Translations under genes and position numbers: made by a program | In this document: positions 9,151 to 17,658 of the stretch, piece by piece | How positions within the stretch are numbered: position 1 is the stretch's first letter | Layout of the letters: every line of letters starts with the position of its first letter | The notes under the pieces: model-generated | Told to the model about the DNA's origin: nothing | What the model saw: only the letters and a program-made list of their open reading frames with translations | Database searches by the model: none | Source: a virus | Taxonomy: Duplodnaviria > Caudoviricetes | Virus record (IMG/VR): IMGVR_UViG_2929541355_000001 | Location: 1 to 64,000 of that record | Direction: 5' to 3' (one strand) | DNA length: 64,000 nucleotides

Positions 9151-9285
9151 GGTGACCTCCCCTGCGGGGTGGCCTCGCCGACGGGGGTGGCGGCGAGGCC
9201 GGGTCCAGTGTGGCAGGGCTGGGTGGGGGTGGGCAGGGTTTCGGGCGTGCGGGTGAGGGGTCGGCGCGCCGTTCGCATCCGGTAT

Positions 9286-9308
9286 TCGAACAGACGTAGC
9301 ATTGGTGC
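9286..9308 (+). promoter_or_regulatory. degenerate LexA-like box overlapping a leaderless promoter
   Basis: TCGAAC-AGAC-GTAGCA (one perfect actinobacterial SOS half-site); -10 TAGCAT 6 nt before GTG at 9309. Confidence 0.4.
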
Positions 9309-9659
9309 GTGCCGAAAACCTTCCCCTTCCCCCAGGACCTCCGCGACGCCCAGCTCGCCCTCCACGAGGCGCGTGCCGTGTCCGAGGAGTACGCCCGCAC
9401 CCTCCCGTGGTCGGCTGAGCCACTGCCTGGGTGGGAGTCGGACAAGCAGCTCCACACCACCTACGGCTCCTCCAAGCCGGACAGCCCCGGCTACACGGAG
9501 GAGCAGGCCGCCCGGGTCGCTGAGTACCGGGCCCGGGTGCTGGAGCTGTCCGCGACCGTGATGACACACCCGTACTGGGGCACCCTCACCGACGACGTGC
9601 TCGCGGCCCGCATGGCGCTCAAGCATGCCCACGAGCAGCCCGCCGAGGTTGGGGCGTAG
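9309..9659 (+). CDS. hypothetical protein
   Basis: FPQDLRDAQLALH...LPWS.EP...HPYW...ARMALKH; high GC3. Confidence 0.75.
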   Translation: MPKTFPFPQDLRDAQLALHEARAVSEEYARTLPWSAEPLPGWESDKQLHTTYGSSKPDSPGYTEEQAARVAEYRARVLELSATVMTHPYWGTLTDDVLAARMALKHAHEQPAEVGA

Positions 9660-9661
9660 CC

Positions 9662-9985
9662 GTGTCCGGCGACGTCTCCGACCTGGACAAAAACCGGGCG
9701 CTGGCGGCCTGGCTGGAGTATCAGCTGCGCCAGGTGAAGAACCGGGTCCGGGAGCTGGAAGCCGCGGCCGAGCAGGAGGCGCGGGTGCGGGCGAGGGGTT
9801 CGGCGTCGTGGGTGATCCAGCCTCAGCACGCTGACCGCCCTGCGGTGCTCCACCGCGGGGACTGCGCCCTCGCTACAGGGAAACAGGTCCCGATCGGCCG
9901 GGTGGAGGCGCGGGTCGCGCTGGGGGAGTCGTACATCGTGACGTGCGAGACCTGCCGGCCCGAGACAGGGCTGGCGGACGGGTAG
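9662..9985 (+). CDS. DUF6233-like Zn-binding protein
   Basis: W...LHRGDC...EARVAL...CETCRPE. Confidence 0.7.
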   Translation: MSGDVSDLDKNRALAAWLEYQLRQVKNRVRELEAAAEQEARVRARGSASWVIQPQHADRPAVLHRGDCALATGKQVPIGRVEARVALGESYIVTCETCRPETGLADG

Positions 9986-10073
9986 GCCGTACGGACCGCA
10001 TGGCGGGCGTCTCGGCTGGGATGCTTTCAGGATCGGGGGGTGGACTTCCCGGTCCTCTTGCGGGTGACCTCTC

Positions 10074-10102
10074 TTGACACTTCGATGTACGTACATCATA
10101 GT
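10074..10102 (+). promoter_or_regulatory. consensus promoter with palindromic operator
   Basis: TTGACA-N17-CATAGT; perfect 14-bp palindrome GATGTACGTACATC at 10084-10097. Confidence 0.75.
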
Positions 10103-10131
10103 GGAGTCATCGCCAAGGGGAGGGGAACCCA

Positions 10132-10638
10132 ATGAACACCACTACCGCCGCCGACACCGCCAAGGTCACCGTCGCCACCATCCGCGACTGGGCCCGCCGC
10201 GGCATCATCGCCGCAACCAAGGTCGCCGGCCGGTGGGTCATCGACACCACCTCCCTCACCCGCCGCATCGCCATCGGCGCCATGAAGCGCCCCGCCCGCA
10301 AGGTCGTTCTCTCCGTCGAGACGATGGTCGCGATCGGCGGTAGCCGCTGGCAGCGCAACGGCATGGACCGCGTCTACTTCAACAGCTGGGCCGAGCTCGC
10401 CGGCATTGAGACCACCCGCTACAACACCGGCAACATCTCCTCCGCCAGCTACCAGGGCGCCGGCGTCTCCAACAGCCAGGCCTACAAGCTCCTCGGCTCG
10501 ATCGACAAGGTCTGGTTCGACGCCGCCGACGGCAAGCTCCACGCCCGCTACGGCTACGACGAGTCCCGCGTCGCCAGCCGCGAAGAGGTCTGGGACGCAG
10601 TCGCCACCGGCATCCGCGCCGCTATCGCCGCTCTCTGA
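10132..10638 (+). CDS. MerR/excisionase-like HTH fused to unknown domain
   Basis: MNTTTAADTAKVTVATIRDWARRGII.ATKVAGRWVI. Confidence 0.8.
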   Translation: MNTTTAADTAKVTVATIRDWARRGIIAATKVAGRWVIDTTSLTRRIAIGAMKRPARKVVLSVETMVAIGGSRWQRNGMDRVYFNSWAELAGIETTRYNTGNISSASYQGAGVSNSQAYKLLGSIDKVWFDAADGKLHARYGYDESRVASREEVWDAVATGIRAAIAAL

Positions 10639-10670
10639 ATCGCCACCCGCAGACTTTGAAGGGAACCGCC

Positions 10671-11240
10671 ATGACCTACAGGACCACCACCGAATACGGC
10701 ACCTGGTGCAACCGGGTCAACGCCTACTCAAGCAGCCCCGACGCCGACGTCCTCGACTACATCAACGGCGGCGACAGCGACTGGCAGACCCGCCTTGCCG
10801 AGTCCGGGGCCCTCGAACTGATCCAGGACGAGTACCGGCAGGCCATCAACGACGCCCTGCCCAACAGTGTCAGCCTGTCCGGGGACCTGTTCATCGGCCC
10901 GGCCGACCGGGATGAGGGCGAGTTCGCCGACTACCCGACCGACGAGTACGGCAGCCTCGACTTCAAGGTCATCGTCGAGGACATCGACCTGGCGCCGATC
11001 GTCGAGCGCAACGAGCCGCTCACCCTGGAAGAGATCGGGCGGTGGGAGATGAAGTCGACGGCAAAGCACCCGGCAAAGGTGGCGTCCATGGCCATGTCCC
11101 GAGCAAAGCTGAAGCCTCACGTGTACCTGCCGCACCCGGACTCGAAGCGTCCGCAGGCCATCTATCTCAAGGGCGCTGTCCTGGAGGCGCTCGCCAAGCG
11201 CCCCGGTAAGGGAGCCCGTACCGACAGGGAGACGGCGTGA
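10671..11240 (+). CDS. hypothetical protein with acidic N-domain and basic HTH-like C-domain
   Basis: C-terminus RPGKGARTDR typical of small actinobacterial DNA-binding proteins. Confidence 0.7.
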   Translation: MTYRTTTEYGTWCNRVNAYSSSPDADVLDYINGGDSDWQTRLAESGALELIQDEYRQAINDALPNSVSLSGDLFIGPADRDEGEFADYPTDEYGSLDFKVIVEDIDLAPIVERNEPLTLEEIGRWEMKSTAKHPAKVASMAMSRAKLKPHVYLPHPDSKRPQAIYLKGAVLEALAKRPGKGARTDRETA

Positions 11241-12115
11241 CGGTCCGCCCTTCCAACCTCCCGCGGCTGCGCCGGCAGACACTGCGGAACCTGAAAGACC
11301 CGGCATCAGCGCTGCGTGCCAACACCGACGCCGACATGGTGCCGGGCCTGGATGCCCTTGCCTCGCACCTGGACGTCGCTGACATGTTCTGGATTCAGCA
11401 GGACATGGCCGCGCTCTCCATGCACGCCGGTGAGCAGCTGGCGGCCGCGCGGTGGGCGACCGCGGACCGGCCCGCACCATGCGGGCTGCTGTACTGGCAG
11501 GGCGGCATCGGGCACATGGACGCCCAGGGCGTACAGATCCCCGTTGAGGCGTGCGTGTGGGGCCCGTATGAGGGAGGGATGCTGCTGTGGCTGCTCATGT
11601 CCCGGGACCGGCTCGTCGCCGAGACCCGGAAGAAGGGCCACGCTTTCGACATCGTCGAGGAGAAGGTGCCCCCGCTGGTCCCTATCTACGGCGCCACGCT
11701 TCCCGTCACCACGGACCCGGCATCCATGGCTGACCTGGACCCCGGCCTGCCGCAGCCTGTTGTCGCAGCGCTGGCGTCCGCCTGGCTCCTGATGCAGCAG
11801 CCCCTCCTCATCGACCGCACCCGAGAGCGGGCAGACAAGCCCACGTCGCGCGCCTACGCACGAGACGGATTGCCCACACCCGACGTCACCGTCGTCGACC
11901 TGCGCCGCCAGTACACCCCGCAAGACCAGGACCCGGACGCCGACGGAAACGGCCGGCACTACCGGCACCGCTGGGTCGTCTCCGGGCACTGGCGCAACCA
12001 AGCCCACGGACCTGAGCAGTCGCTACGCAGGCAGACGTGGGTGCCCGCGCACATGAAGGGGCCTGACGGGGCGCCACTCTTGTCGACGGAGAAGGTGAAT
12101 GTCTGGCGGCGGTGA
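11237..12115 (+). CDS. hypothetical phage protein
   Basis: C-terminal RWVVSGHWRNQAHGP....RRQTWVPAHMKGP motif. Confidence 0.75.
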   Translation: MTVRPSNLPRLRRQTLRNLKDPASALRANTDADMVPGLDALASHLDVADMFWIQQDMAALSMHAGEQLAAARWATADRPAPCGLLYWQGGIGHMDAQGVQIPVEACVWGPYEGGMLLWLLMSRDRLVAETRKKGHAFDIVEEKVPPLVPIYGATLPVTTDPASMADLDPGLPQPVVAALASAWLLMQQPLLIDRTRERADKPTSRAYARDGLPTPDVTVVDLRRQYTPQDQDPDADGNGRHYRHRWVVSGHWRNQAHGPEQSLRRQTWVPAHMKGPDGAPLLSTEKVNVWRR

Positions 12116-12130
12116 CCTTCACGCACAGCT

Positions 12131-12164
12131 GCGCCCCGCTTGGCCTGACGGCTGAGCGGGGCGC
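12131..12164. terminator. hairpin at the junction of the rightward and leftward arms
   Basis: GCGCCCCGCTTGGCC-TGAC-GGCTGAGCGGGGCGC. Confidence 0.7.
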
Positions 12165-12256
12165 TTCCGTCGTTGTCGCCCGGTGGTGGCATCGGCTTCG
12201 AGGCGGGGCCACCACCGGGCAGGAACAGCGTGGCACGGGGCACTGACAGGCCGCGG

Positions 12257-12568
12257 TCAGTGTTCGGCGGCATGGGCGTGTAGCCGGGCCAGCCCTTTAT
12301 CGGTGAGCCATACCGGTGTGCCGTTGAGGAGGCAGAGGTCGCACTTGGTGGGGCAGGCGTGCGCAGCGAACTCCAGATGCCCGTAGCTGACCTCGCGGGC
12401 GTACGCGGCGTCCACGACCGTCTGCGGATAGGTGGCGCAGAGGGTTCGCCAGGGCGTGGGCAGCTTGATCCGGGCCCACCCAGTGGAGGCTCCGAAGGCT
12501 CTCTGATGGTCGCGGATGGCTTCGAGGAGGGTGAGGGTGGTGATGTCACCCGCTGACGAATCGGCCAT
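12257..12568 (-). CDS. hypothetical protein (paralogue of C-domain of 13044-13622)
   Basis: DITTL.LL.AI.DH...W.TLCA.YP..VV.AAY.RE...GHL...WLTDKG shared. Confidence 0.65.
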   Translation of the reverse strand: MADSSAGDITTLTLLEAIRDHQRAFGASTGWARIKLPTPWRTLCATYPQTVVDAAYAREVSYGHLEFAAHACPTKCDLCLLNGTPVWLTDKGLARLHAHAAEH

Positions 12569-13044
12569 CAGATACCACTGTTACGGCGTTGGCGGCGCAG
12601 GCTACGGGCGACCTCGGCCCCGACTACGGCAGGATCGTCCCAGCCGTGAACGGTGACCGTAGTGGCGGCCTTGAGGGGTTCCGGGCATTCGTGCGGGTCC
12701 TCCACGGTCCACTGGCCCCACTGGCGGCATGCGTCGCAGCACCCCCAGCCTTCGACGACGATCTCGTGGTACCGGTACGGCGTTCCGTCAGGATGGGTGG
12801 GCCGCCCGTTCTGGCGGTCCGGCAAAGCAAGTCCGCAACCGTGTTCGCCGACGCTGACGAGCTTGGCGCAGCCGCCGCTGCCCTCCAGGCGCTGCTTGAT
12901 GCGCTGCTCCGGGCTGACCCGTGTTGCGCCACCGGCGTCCTCTGCCTGGATCCGCAGGGAGCGAACTTGGAACACGCAGACCGCTGTCCCGGCGCAGGCG
13001 GTGAGGGATACGGCGAGGCTGATGATGCTGAGGGTCAGGGACAT
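12568..13044 (-). CDS. membrane-anchored hypothetical protein
   Basis: N-terminal hydrophobic helix; coupled to both neighbours. Confidence 0.55.
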   Translation of the reverse strand: MSLTLSIISLAVSLTACAGTAVCVFQVRSLRIQAEDAGGATRVSPEQRIKQRLEGSGGCAKLVSVGEHGCGLALPDRQNGRPTHPDGTPYRYHEIVVEGWGCCDACRQWGQWTVEDPHECPEPLKAATTVTVHGWDDPAVVGAEVARSLRRQRRNSGI

Positions 13045-13622
13045 CAGGCGCCCGCCTTCAGGTCGGTGAGCTTGGCGTCGCCTTTGTCGGTGAGCCAGCT
13101 GGTGCGAAGACTGACGCCGCAGTCCAGGTGGCCGCGGTCGTCTTCGCGGATGTACGCCGCAGTGACGACTTTCTCCGGGTAGACCGCGCACAGCGTCCAC
13201 CACGCCCCGGGGAGCTCCCACCGGCGCTTGCCGGGCGGGACTGGGCGTGTGCGGTGGTCGTCGATGGCCCGGAGGAGCGCCAGGGTGGTGATGTCGGAAC
13301 GCTTCGGCTCTGGCGGCGGGGTGCGCAGAGGGGCGTGCCGCACCACCTTGGCGGCCTCGTTGGGGCGGTTCGGGTCGAGGTAGCGGTGCCCGTCGGTGTT
13401 GACGAGGAACTCGGTGTACTCGATCAGCTGCGTGCCGTCGGGTTCGGTGATGATGCTGGTCGGGTCCTGGACGGATACGCCCTTGGGTTCGATGCCGTGC
13501 TCGCGCAGCCACGCCTGAAGTTTGGCGTCTCGCGGGGTGCCGCAGATGTAGGGCCAGGTCTCCGGGGTGACGAGGAGGACCGGAGGGGCGGCGGGTTCCG
13601 GGGAAGGGAGCATGTTTTCCAT
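13044..13622 (-). CDS. two-domain hypothetical protein
   Basis: domains shared with 12257-12568 and 48524-49015. Confidence 0.7.
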   Translation of the reverse strand: MENMLPSPEPAAPPVLLVTPETWPYICGTPRDAKLQAWLREHGIEPKGVSVQDPTSIITEPDGTQLIEYTEFLVNTDGHRYLDPNRPNEAAKVVRHAPLRTPPPEPKRSDITTLALLRAIDDHRTRPVPPGKRRWELPGAWWTLCAVYPEKVVTAAYIREDDRGHLDCGVSLRTSWLTDKGDAKLTDLKAGA

Positions 13623-13696
13623 GCTGTGCCCGTGCGCTCGGTTTGCTGCCCCCGCTCGGGTGCGGGCCGAGGTCGAGGGCAGGGCGGGTGCTGGGG

Positions 13697-14737
13697 TCAG
13701 TCCTGCCAGGTGCCGCGGAGTGCGGACAGGGTGAAGCCGGGGCCGAATGCGGCCGCGACGCCGAGTGCCCCGTCGGTGGGTGGGGTGGTGTGGGTGCGGG
13801 CGAGGATGTCGAGGACGCTGACCCCGCCGAGGTTGCCGTTCTCGTTGAGGGAGGCGTAGGAGTGGTGGGCGTCCACGTCGTCGAGTCCCAGGGCTTGGGC
13901 GACGTCGCGGATGATGCTGGGCCCGCCGGGGTGGATGACCGCGAAGTCGACCAGGTCGTTGCCGAGCCAGTCACGAAGGACGGGCATGGTCTGCGCGGCG
14001 GACGCGGGGGCTTGGCGGGTGGAGTCGAAGTGCATGCCGGACTCGTCGAGGCGGCCGGCGTACCGGTCGAGGCTGTCGGGGAGCCAGTACTCCAGGGTGT
14101 CGTCGATGCGGAGGCCGGGCTGGAGCTGCGCGCCGGTGACGATGGTCGCGGCCGCGGAGTCGGCGAACAGCGCCTTGTAGATCATGGAGGGGATCGACGT
14201 GTCGGCGTGGTTGTAGGACGTCGACAGGCACTCCGTCGCGACGACGAGCACGGTGTCCGCAGGCCGGGCGGTGACGTAGTCGTGCGCGCGGATGAGGGAG
14301 TGGACCCCGCCGGCACACGCCAGGGTGGTCATGGGGAGGCGCCGCGTCGTTGAGGGCAGGCCCAGGGCGGCGATGAGGTGCACGTCGAGGTTCGGGACGG
14401 AGTACCCGGTGGCGTGCGACGTGATGACCGCGCTGATGTCCGACGGCTGGAGGCCGGCCGCAGCGATGGCCCGCGTGGCGGCGTCGGTCGCCATGGTCAG
14501 GGCGTCGTCGAATGCGGCCTGGGTTCGTTCGTGCACGCCGGCGTCCCCGGCGACGGTGGGGGACTGCAGCGGGCGGGTGAAGTGCCGTGTGCTCACCCCG
14601 CAGTTGCCTATCGCCCGGAGGATGACGCTCAGCCTCGGGTGGTCGTGGTGCCGGGACTGGATGTCGTCGAGGATCTCGGCGGTCGTGACCTTGTGGGCGG
14701 GAAGGGTGACCTGGGGGGTGGTGACATGGGCGGGCAC
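13697..14737 (-). CDS. type III polyketide synthase (PhlD/RppA/germicidin-synthase-like)
   Basis: catalytic triad motifs LACAGG, IHPGG, NGNLGG; LFAD and AAFGPGFT; GGAGG RBS before GTG at 14737. Confidence 0.93.
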   Translation of the reverse strand: MPAHVTTPQVTLPAHKVTTAEILDDIQSRHHDHPRLSVILRAIGNCGVSTRHFTRPLQSPTVAGDAGVHERTQAAFDDALTMATDAATRAIAAAGLQPSDISAVITSHATGYSVPNLDVHLIAALGLPSTTRRLPMTTLACAGGVHSLIRAHDYVTARPADTVLVVATECLSTSYNHADTSIPSMIYKALFADSAAATIVTGAQLQPGLRIDDTLEYWLPDSLDRYAGRLDESGMHFDSTRQAPASAAQTMPVLRDWLGNDLVDFAVIHPGGPSIIRDVAQALGLDDVDAHHSYASLNENGNLGGVSVLDILARTHTTPPTDGALGVAAAFGPGFTLSALRGTWQD

Positions 14738-14843
14738 GGGTCCTCCACGGGCTCGGGGCAGTTCGCCCAACTTACGACTGGGTGGCTGGATCATTGCCCC
14801 TGGCTGGTTCTGGTGGTGCCGGTGTGACGGGTGAGGTTGCGGG

Positions 14844-15680
14844 CTATGCGGTGCCGGGCGGGGTGTGTGCGGGGGAGCGGAGCGGTGTTCGGGGCCCGGA
14901 ACGTTTCTCCTTGTTGAACACGAGGATCATGAGGCGGGCCCCTTTGGCGGACTCGGGTGTGGCTGAGCACATGGTGACCCAGCCGGGGCCGTGCGTGGCG
15001 TGGTTGAGGGGCCGTTCGTCACCGTCGGGGTGGAGGGTGACGCCGGGTGCTTCGTACAGGGGGCCGGCGACCGGGTCGGCGAGGACGTCGGCTTCGAGCT
15101 GCTGGAGGGTGGGGTCACGCCGAGCGGCGAGCGCGCCACGGAGCTGGGGCAGAACGCGCGGCGCCCACTGATGTTCCCAGTCGGTGAGGACGGTGCGGGC
15201 TTCGTCGGAGAGGCACATCCAGCGCAGGGTGTTCTCCGGGATCTGGCCGGACGGGAACATCGACGCCCAGTTCTTGTTGTGCGCGATGACGTTCCACGCC
15301 GCGTCCCCCATGTACGCCATGTGCTGGATGCCGTCGAGGGCGGCCTGCCATGCCGCGGGGACTTGGTACCCGGTCTCGGGGTACAGGTGGCGGGGCGGTT
15401 CCTCCTCGCGTGCGTACCGGTACAGCAGCACCCATTCATCCTCGGTGAGCCGATACAGGCGGGCCACGGCGCGCAGCAGGTCGTCGGACGGGTTGTGGTT
15501 CCGCCCGTTCTCCAGCAGGTAGCACGTGTTGATGGGCTGGCCGATCAGTTCGTCGACCTGGTGCTGGGAAAGGCCTGGGGCTCGGCGTCCGGAGCCGGCG
15601 GGGCGGGACATCCCGACGGTCCTGGGGTCCGTGCGGTCGCGTCGGTCTCTCAGAAACTTCTTCAGCGACTTCTTGTGCAT
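14844..15680 (-). CDS. MmyB-family regulator (XRE-HTH + PAS-like ligand-binding domain)
   Basis: L..FLRDRR...P..VG....GRRAPGLSQ..V...LENGR..NPS..LL..VA; AYMGDAAWNVIAHN; NTLRW. Confidence 0.88.
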   Translation of the reverse strand: MHKKSLKKFLRDRRDRTDPRTVGMSRPAGSGRRAPGLSQHQVDELIGQPINTCYLLENGRNHNPSDDLLRAVARLYRLTEDEWVLLYRYAREEEPPRHLYPETGYQVPAAWQAALDGIQHMAYMGDAAWNVIAHNKNWASMFPSGQIPENTLRWMCLSDEARTVLTDWEHQWAPRVLPQLRGALAARRDPTLQQLEADVLADPVAGPLYEAPGVTLHPDGDERPLNHATHGPGWVTMCSATPESAKGARLMILVFNKEKRSGPRTPLRSPAHTPPGTA

Positions 15681-15722
15681 GTGTGGCAATCCCCCGTGGA
15701 TGCGCCGTAGTTGGACTGCGGC

Positions 15723-15771
15723 AGTCTATTTAATGACGGTGGCTTTCGTAATAAAAACTGCAGGAAGATAA
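15723..15771 (-). promoter_or_regulatory. AT-rich promoter of the mmyB-like gene with MARE-like box
   Basis: minus-strand TTACGA-N17-TAGACT (15751-15723); adjacent AAAACTGCAGGAAGATAA (15754-15771). Confidence 0.5.
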
Positions 15772-16003
15772 ACGGCTGGTGGTCCGTCATGCTGTGCGTG
15801 ACGCGGTCCTGGCCTTGCGGTTTCATTGCCAGTGATCACGTGGATACACCGCTCTACGGGAACCGCACTTCCCGGAACCACGGTTACGGGGAGAGCGTAG
15901 GATCGGCGGCCGAATTCCGGTGTGTGGTATCGGAATGCTTCGCAGCACGGCCCCGGTTTCTACGCTTCCCCCACCAATCCACCCCACTGCTCTGGGTAGG
16001 GGT

Positions 16004-16531
16004 TCACAGGCTGTCGGCGCTGCACTGGCCGTCGGCCTTCTCTGCTGTCCGGGGCTGCTCGGCCTGCAGCTCGGCCACCTGCCGCTCTGCTGCGATTGCC
16101 CGCTCGTGGGCCTGCCTGGTGACGTCTCGCATGTCACGCCGGCCGGTGTGCCCAACCCACAGCTCATCCCACGCCTGCTCAAGGTCCCGGATCCGCTGCC
16201 GGAGCCCGTCCGGGTCCCGCTCGGTACGAAGCTCGGCCAGTTCGGCCTCCATGCGCTTCATGTCGCTCGCGGTGTGCTTGGCCTGGTTCTCCTTGCCCTT
16301 CGCGTAACCGCGGTGGAACGCTGCCCGCCGGTCCTCCCGCGGGGCTTCCTGAATCGACGACAGCAACGACTCAGCAGCATCCCGGTGTGCGGCCGCCGCC
16401 TCGGGGTCGGTGAGTTCCAGTTCCTCAAGGCCTACGCCGTATGTGTAGCTGCGGCACAGCTTCTCGGCGAGCTCGGCCAGGCGCTGCTCCCGGGTGGGCT
16501 CGGCGTTGTCGGCTGGCGGCTGGTCGGTCAC
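16004..16531 (-). CDS. coiled-coil hypothetical protein
   Basis: RBS GGAGG, coupled ORF. Confidence 0.6.
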   Translation of the reverse strand: MTDQPPADNAEPTREQRLAELAEKLCRSYTYGVGLEELELTDPEAAAAHRDAAESLLSSIQEAPREDRRAAFHRGYAKGKENQAKHTASDMKRMEAELAELRTERDPDGLRQRIRDLEQAWDELWVGHTGRRDMRDVTRQAHERAIAAERQVAELQAEQPRTAEKADGQCSADSL

Positions 16532-16827
16532 TTGATGGCCTCCGTGGTGGTGGGCTGCTGCGCCTGGTCGAGGGCGTCGCGGTACTCGCGGGCGACGAGG
16601 GCGGCGTCTGCGGGCGCCCAGCCACCTTCGTGCCAGGTCTGGTAGCGGTCGCAGAGGGCCCGCACGCGGTCGACGGCGTCCTCGGTGTCCTCCAGGCGGC
16701 GGACGAGGTCGCGGAGTTCTGTGGTGAACCGGTCGGCTTCCTCGGGGAGGAGGGCGCCGCGTCGGGCTCGGTCGATGAGGTGGTTGAGCCGGGCTTCGAC
16801 CACGTCGGACGGCAGGCACTCGGTCAT
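16528..16827 (-). CDS. hypothetical protein
   Basis: RBS AAGGAG; L..LIDRARRGALLPEEA motif. Confidence 0.65.
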   Translation of the reverse strand: MTECLPSDVVEARLNHLIDRARRGALLPEEADRFTTELRDLVRRLEDTEDAVDRVRALCDRYQTWHEGGWAPADAALVAREYRDALDQAQQPTTTEAIK

Positions 16828-17036
16828 CGGGTCGGCTCCTTTCGGTGCGTGGTGGTGCAGTCGGGGCAGAGGTCGCGACCGGGCTGGCGGGTCCAGCCGT
16901 CGCGCCGGCCGTCGGCGCGGACCTGCGCGGCGGTGCGGGACACGAACCGGGGTCGGACGGCGGCCGAGTTGGGGCAGTCGTTCTGGCCGGTGGGTCCGTC
17001 GCAGGCGATCTCGTAGCCCAGATGGTGGGCGGTCAT
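16824..17036 (-). CDS. small Zn-binding hypothetical protein
   Basis: CDG...C...GW...DLCPDC. Confidence 0.65.
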   Translation of the reverse strand: MTAHHLGYEIACDGPTGQNDCPNSAAVRPRFVSRTAAQVRADGRRDGWTRQPGRDLCPDCTTTHRKEPTR

Positions 17037-17209
17037 CGGGGCTGCTCCTCGGCGGCGGGGTTCAGGCGGCGATCGGCTTCCTCGATCAGGAGCCGAAGGC
17101 GGTCGGAGTGCGGGCCGCTGGTTGCGGCCAGCGCTGCGGCGTCTTCCGCGCTGATCTCGATGTGGACGCGTGCTTCGTCGCGCCGGCGGTTGGTGTAGAC
17201 GATGTCCAT
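17033..17209 (-). CDS. hypothetical protein (58 aa)
   Basis: MDIVYTNRRDEARVHIEIS..., coupled both sides. Confidence 0.5.
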   Translation of the reverse strand: MDIVYTNRRRDEARVHIEISAEDAAALAATSGPHSDRLRLLIEEADRRLNPAAEEQPR

Positions 17210-17658
17210 CAGGCGGCTTCCCAGAGGGTGCGGGCGATGTGGTCTATGCCGTGCGAGTCACGCGGGCGGGAGGGGTGCGACCAGCCAGGGCGGGGCGGGC
17301 GTTGCGCAAGGACGCGCCAGCCAGCTGCGCGAAGGCTGGATCCGGCCTCGGTGGCCTGCGTGTACGTGATCAGCCGCGTGTAGCCGAGGGCTTTCGCGGC
17401 TCGCCATGCGGCGCCGTACAGGAGGCTGTTGGCGTTGCGGGTGCCGTCGGTGGCGGTGCGGGTGACTTCGAGGGTCTGGCCGTCGTCGAGGTGGCGGGCG
17501 ACGGGTCGGCCGACGATGGCGATGCCGCGTAGGACTCCGTCGTCGTCGGCTGCTCCGATGGCGAAGATCATGCCGACGGGCGGCGGGTGGTGACGGTGCC
17601 ACATGGCGCAGAAGGCACGAGCGTCACGGAATCGGACGGGGGTGAGGTGAAGGCTCAT
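17209..17658 (-). CDS. XF1762-family / Mom-like GNAT-fold protein (putative DNA base modifier)
   Basis: HRHH.PPVG, GIAIVGRPVAR.LDDG.TLEVTR, NANSLLYGAAWRAAKALGY.RLITYT, E.GSSLRAAGW. Confidence 0.8.
   Translation of the reverse strand: MSLHLTPVRFRDARAFCAMWHRHHPPPVGMIFAIGAADDDGVLRGIAIVGRPVARHLDDGQTLEVTRTATDGTRNANSLLYGAAWRAAKALGYTRLITYTQATEAGSSLRAAGWRVLAQRPPRPGWSHPSRPRDSHGIDHIARTLWEAA

Noticed and set aside
13697-15680. PKS locus as a host biosynthetic cluster marking a prophage boundary
   Set aside because: Flanked on both sides by phage-type small genes in the same orientation, with no housekeeping or tailoring genes.
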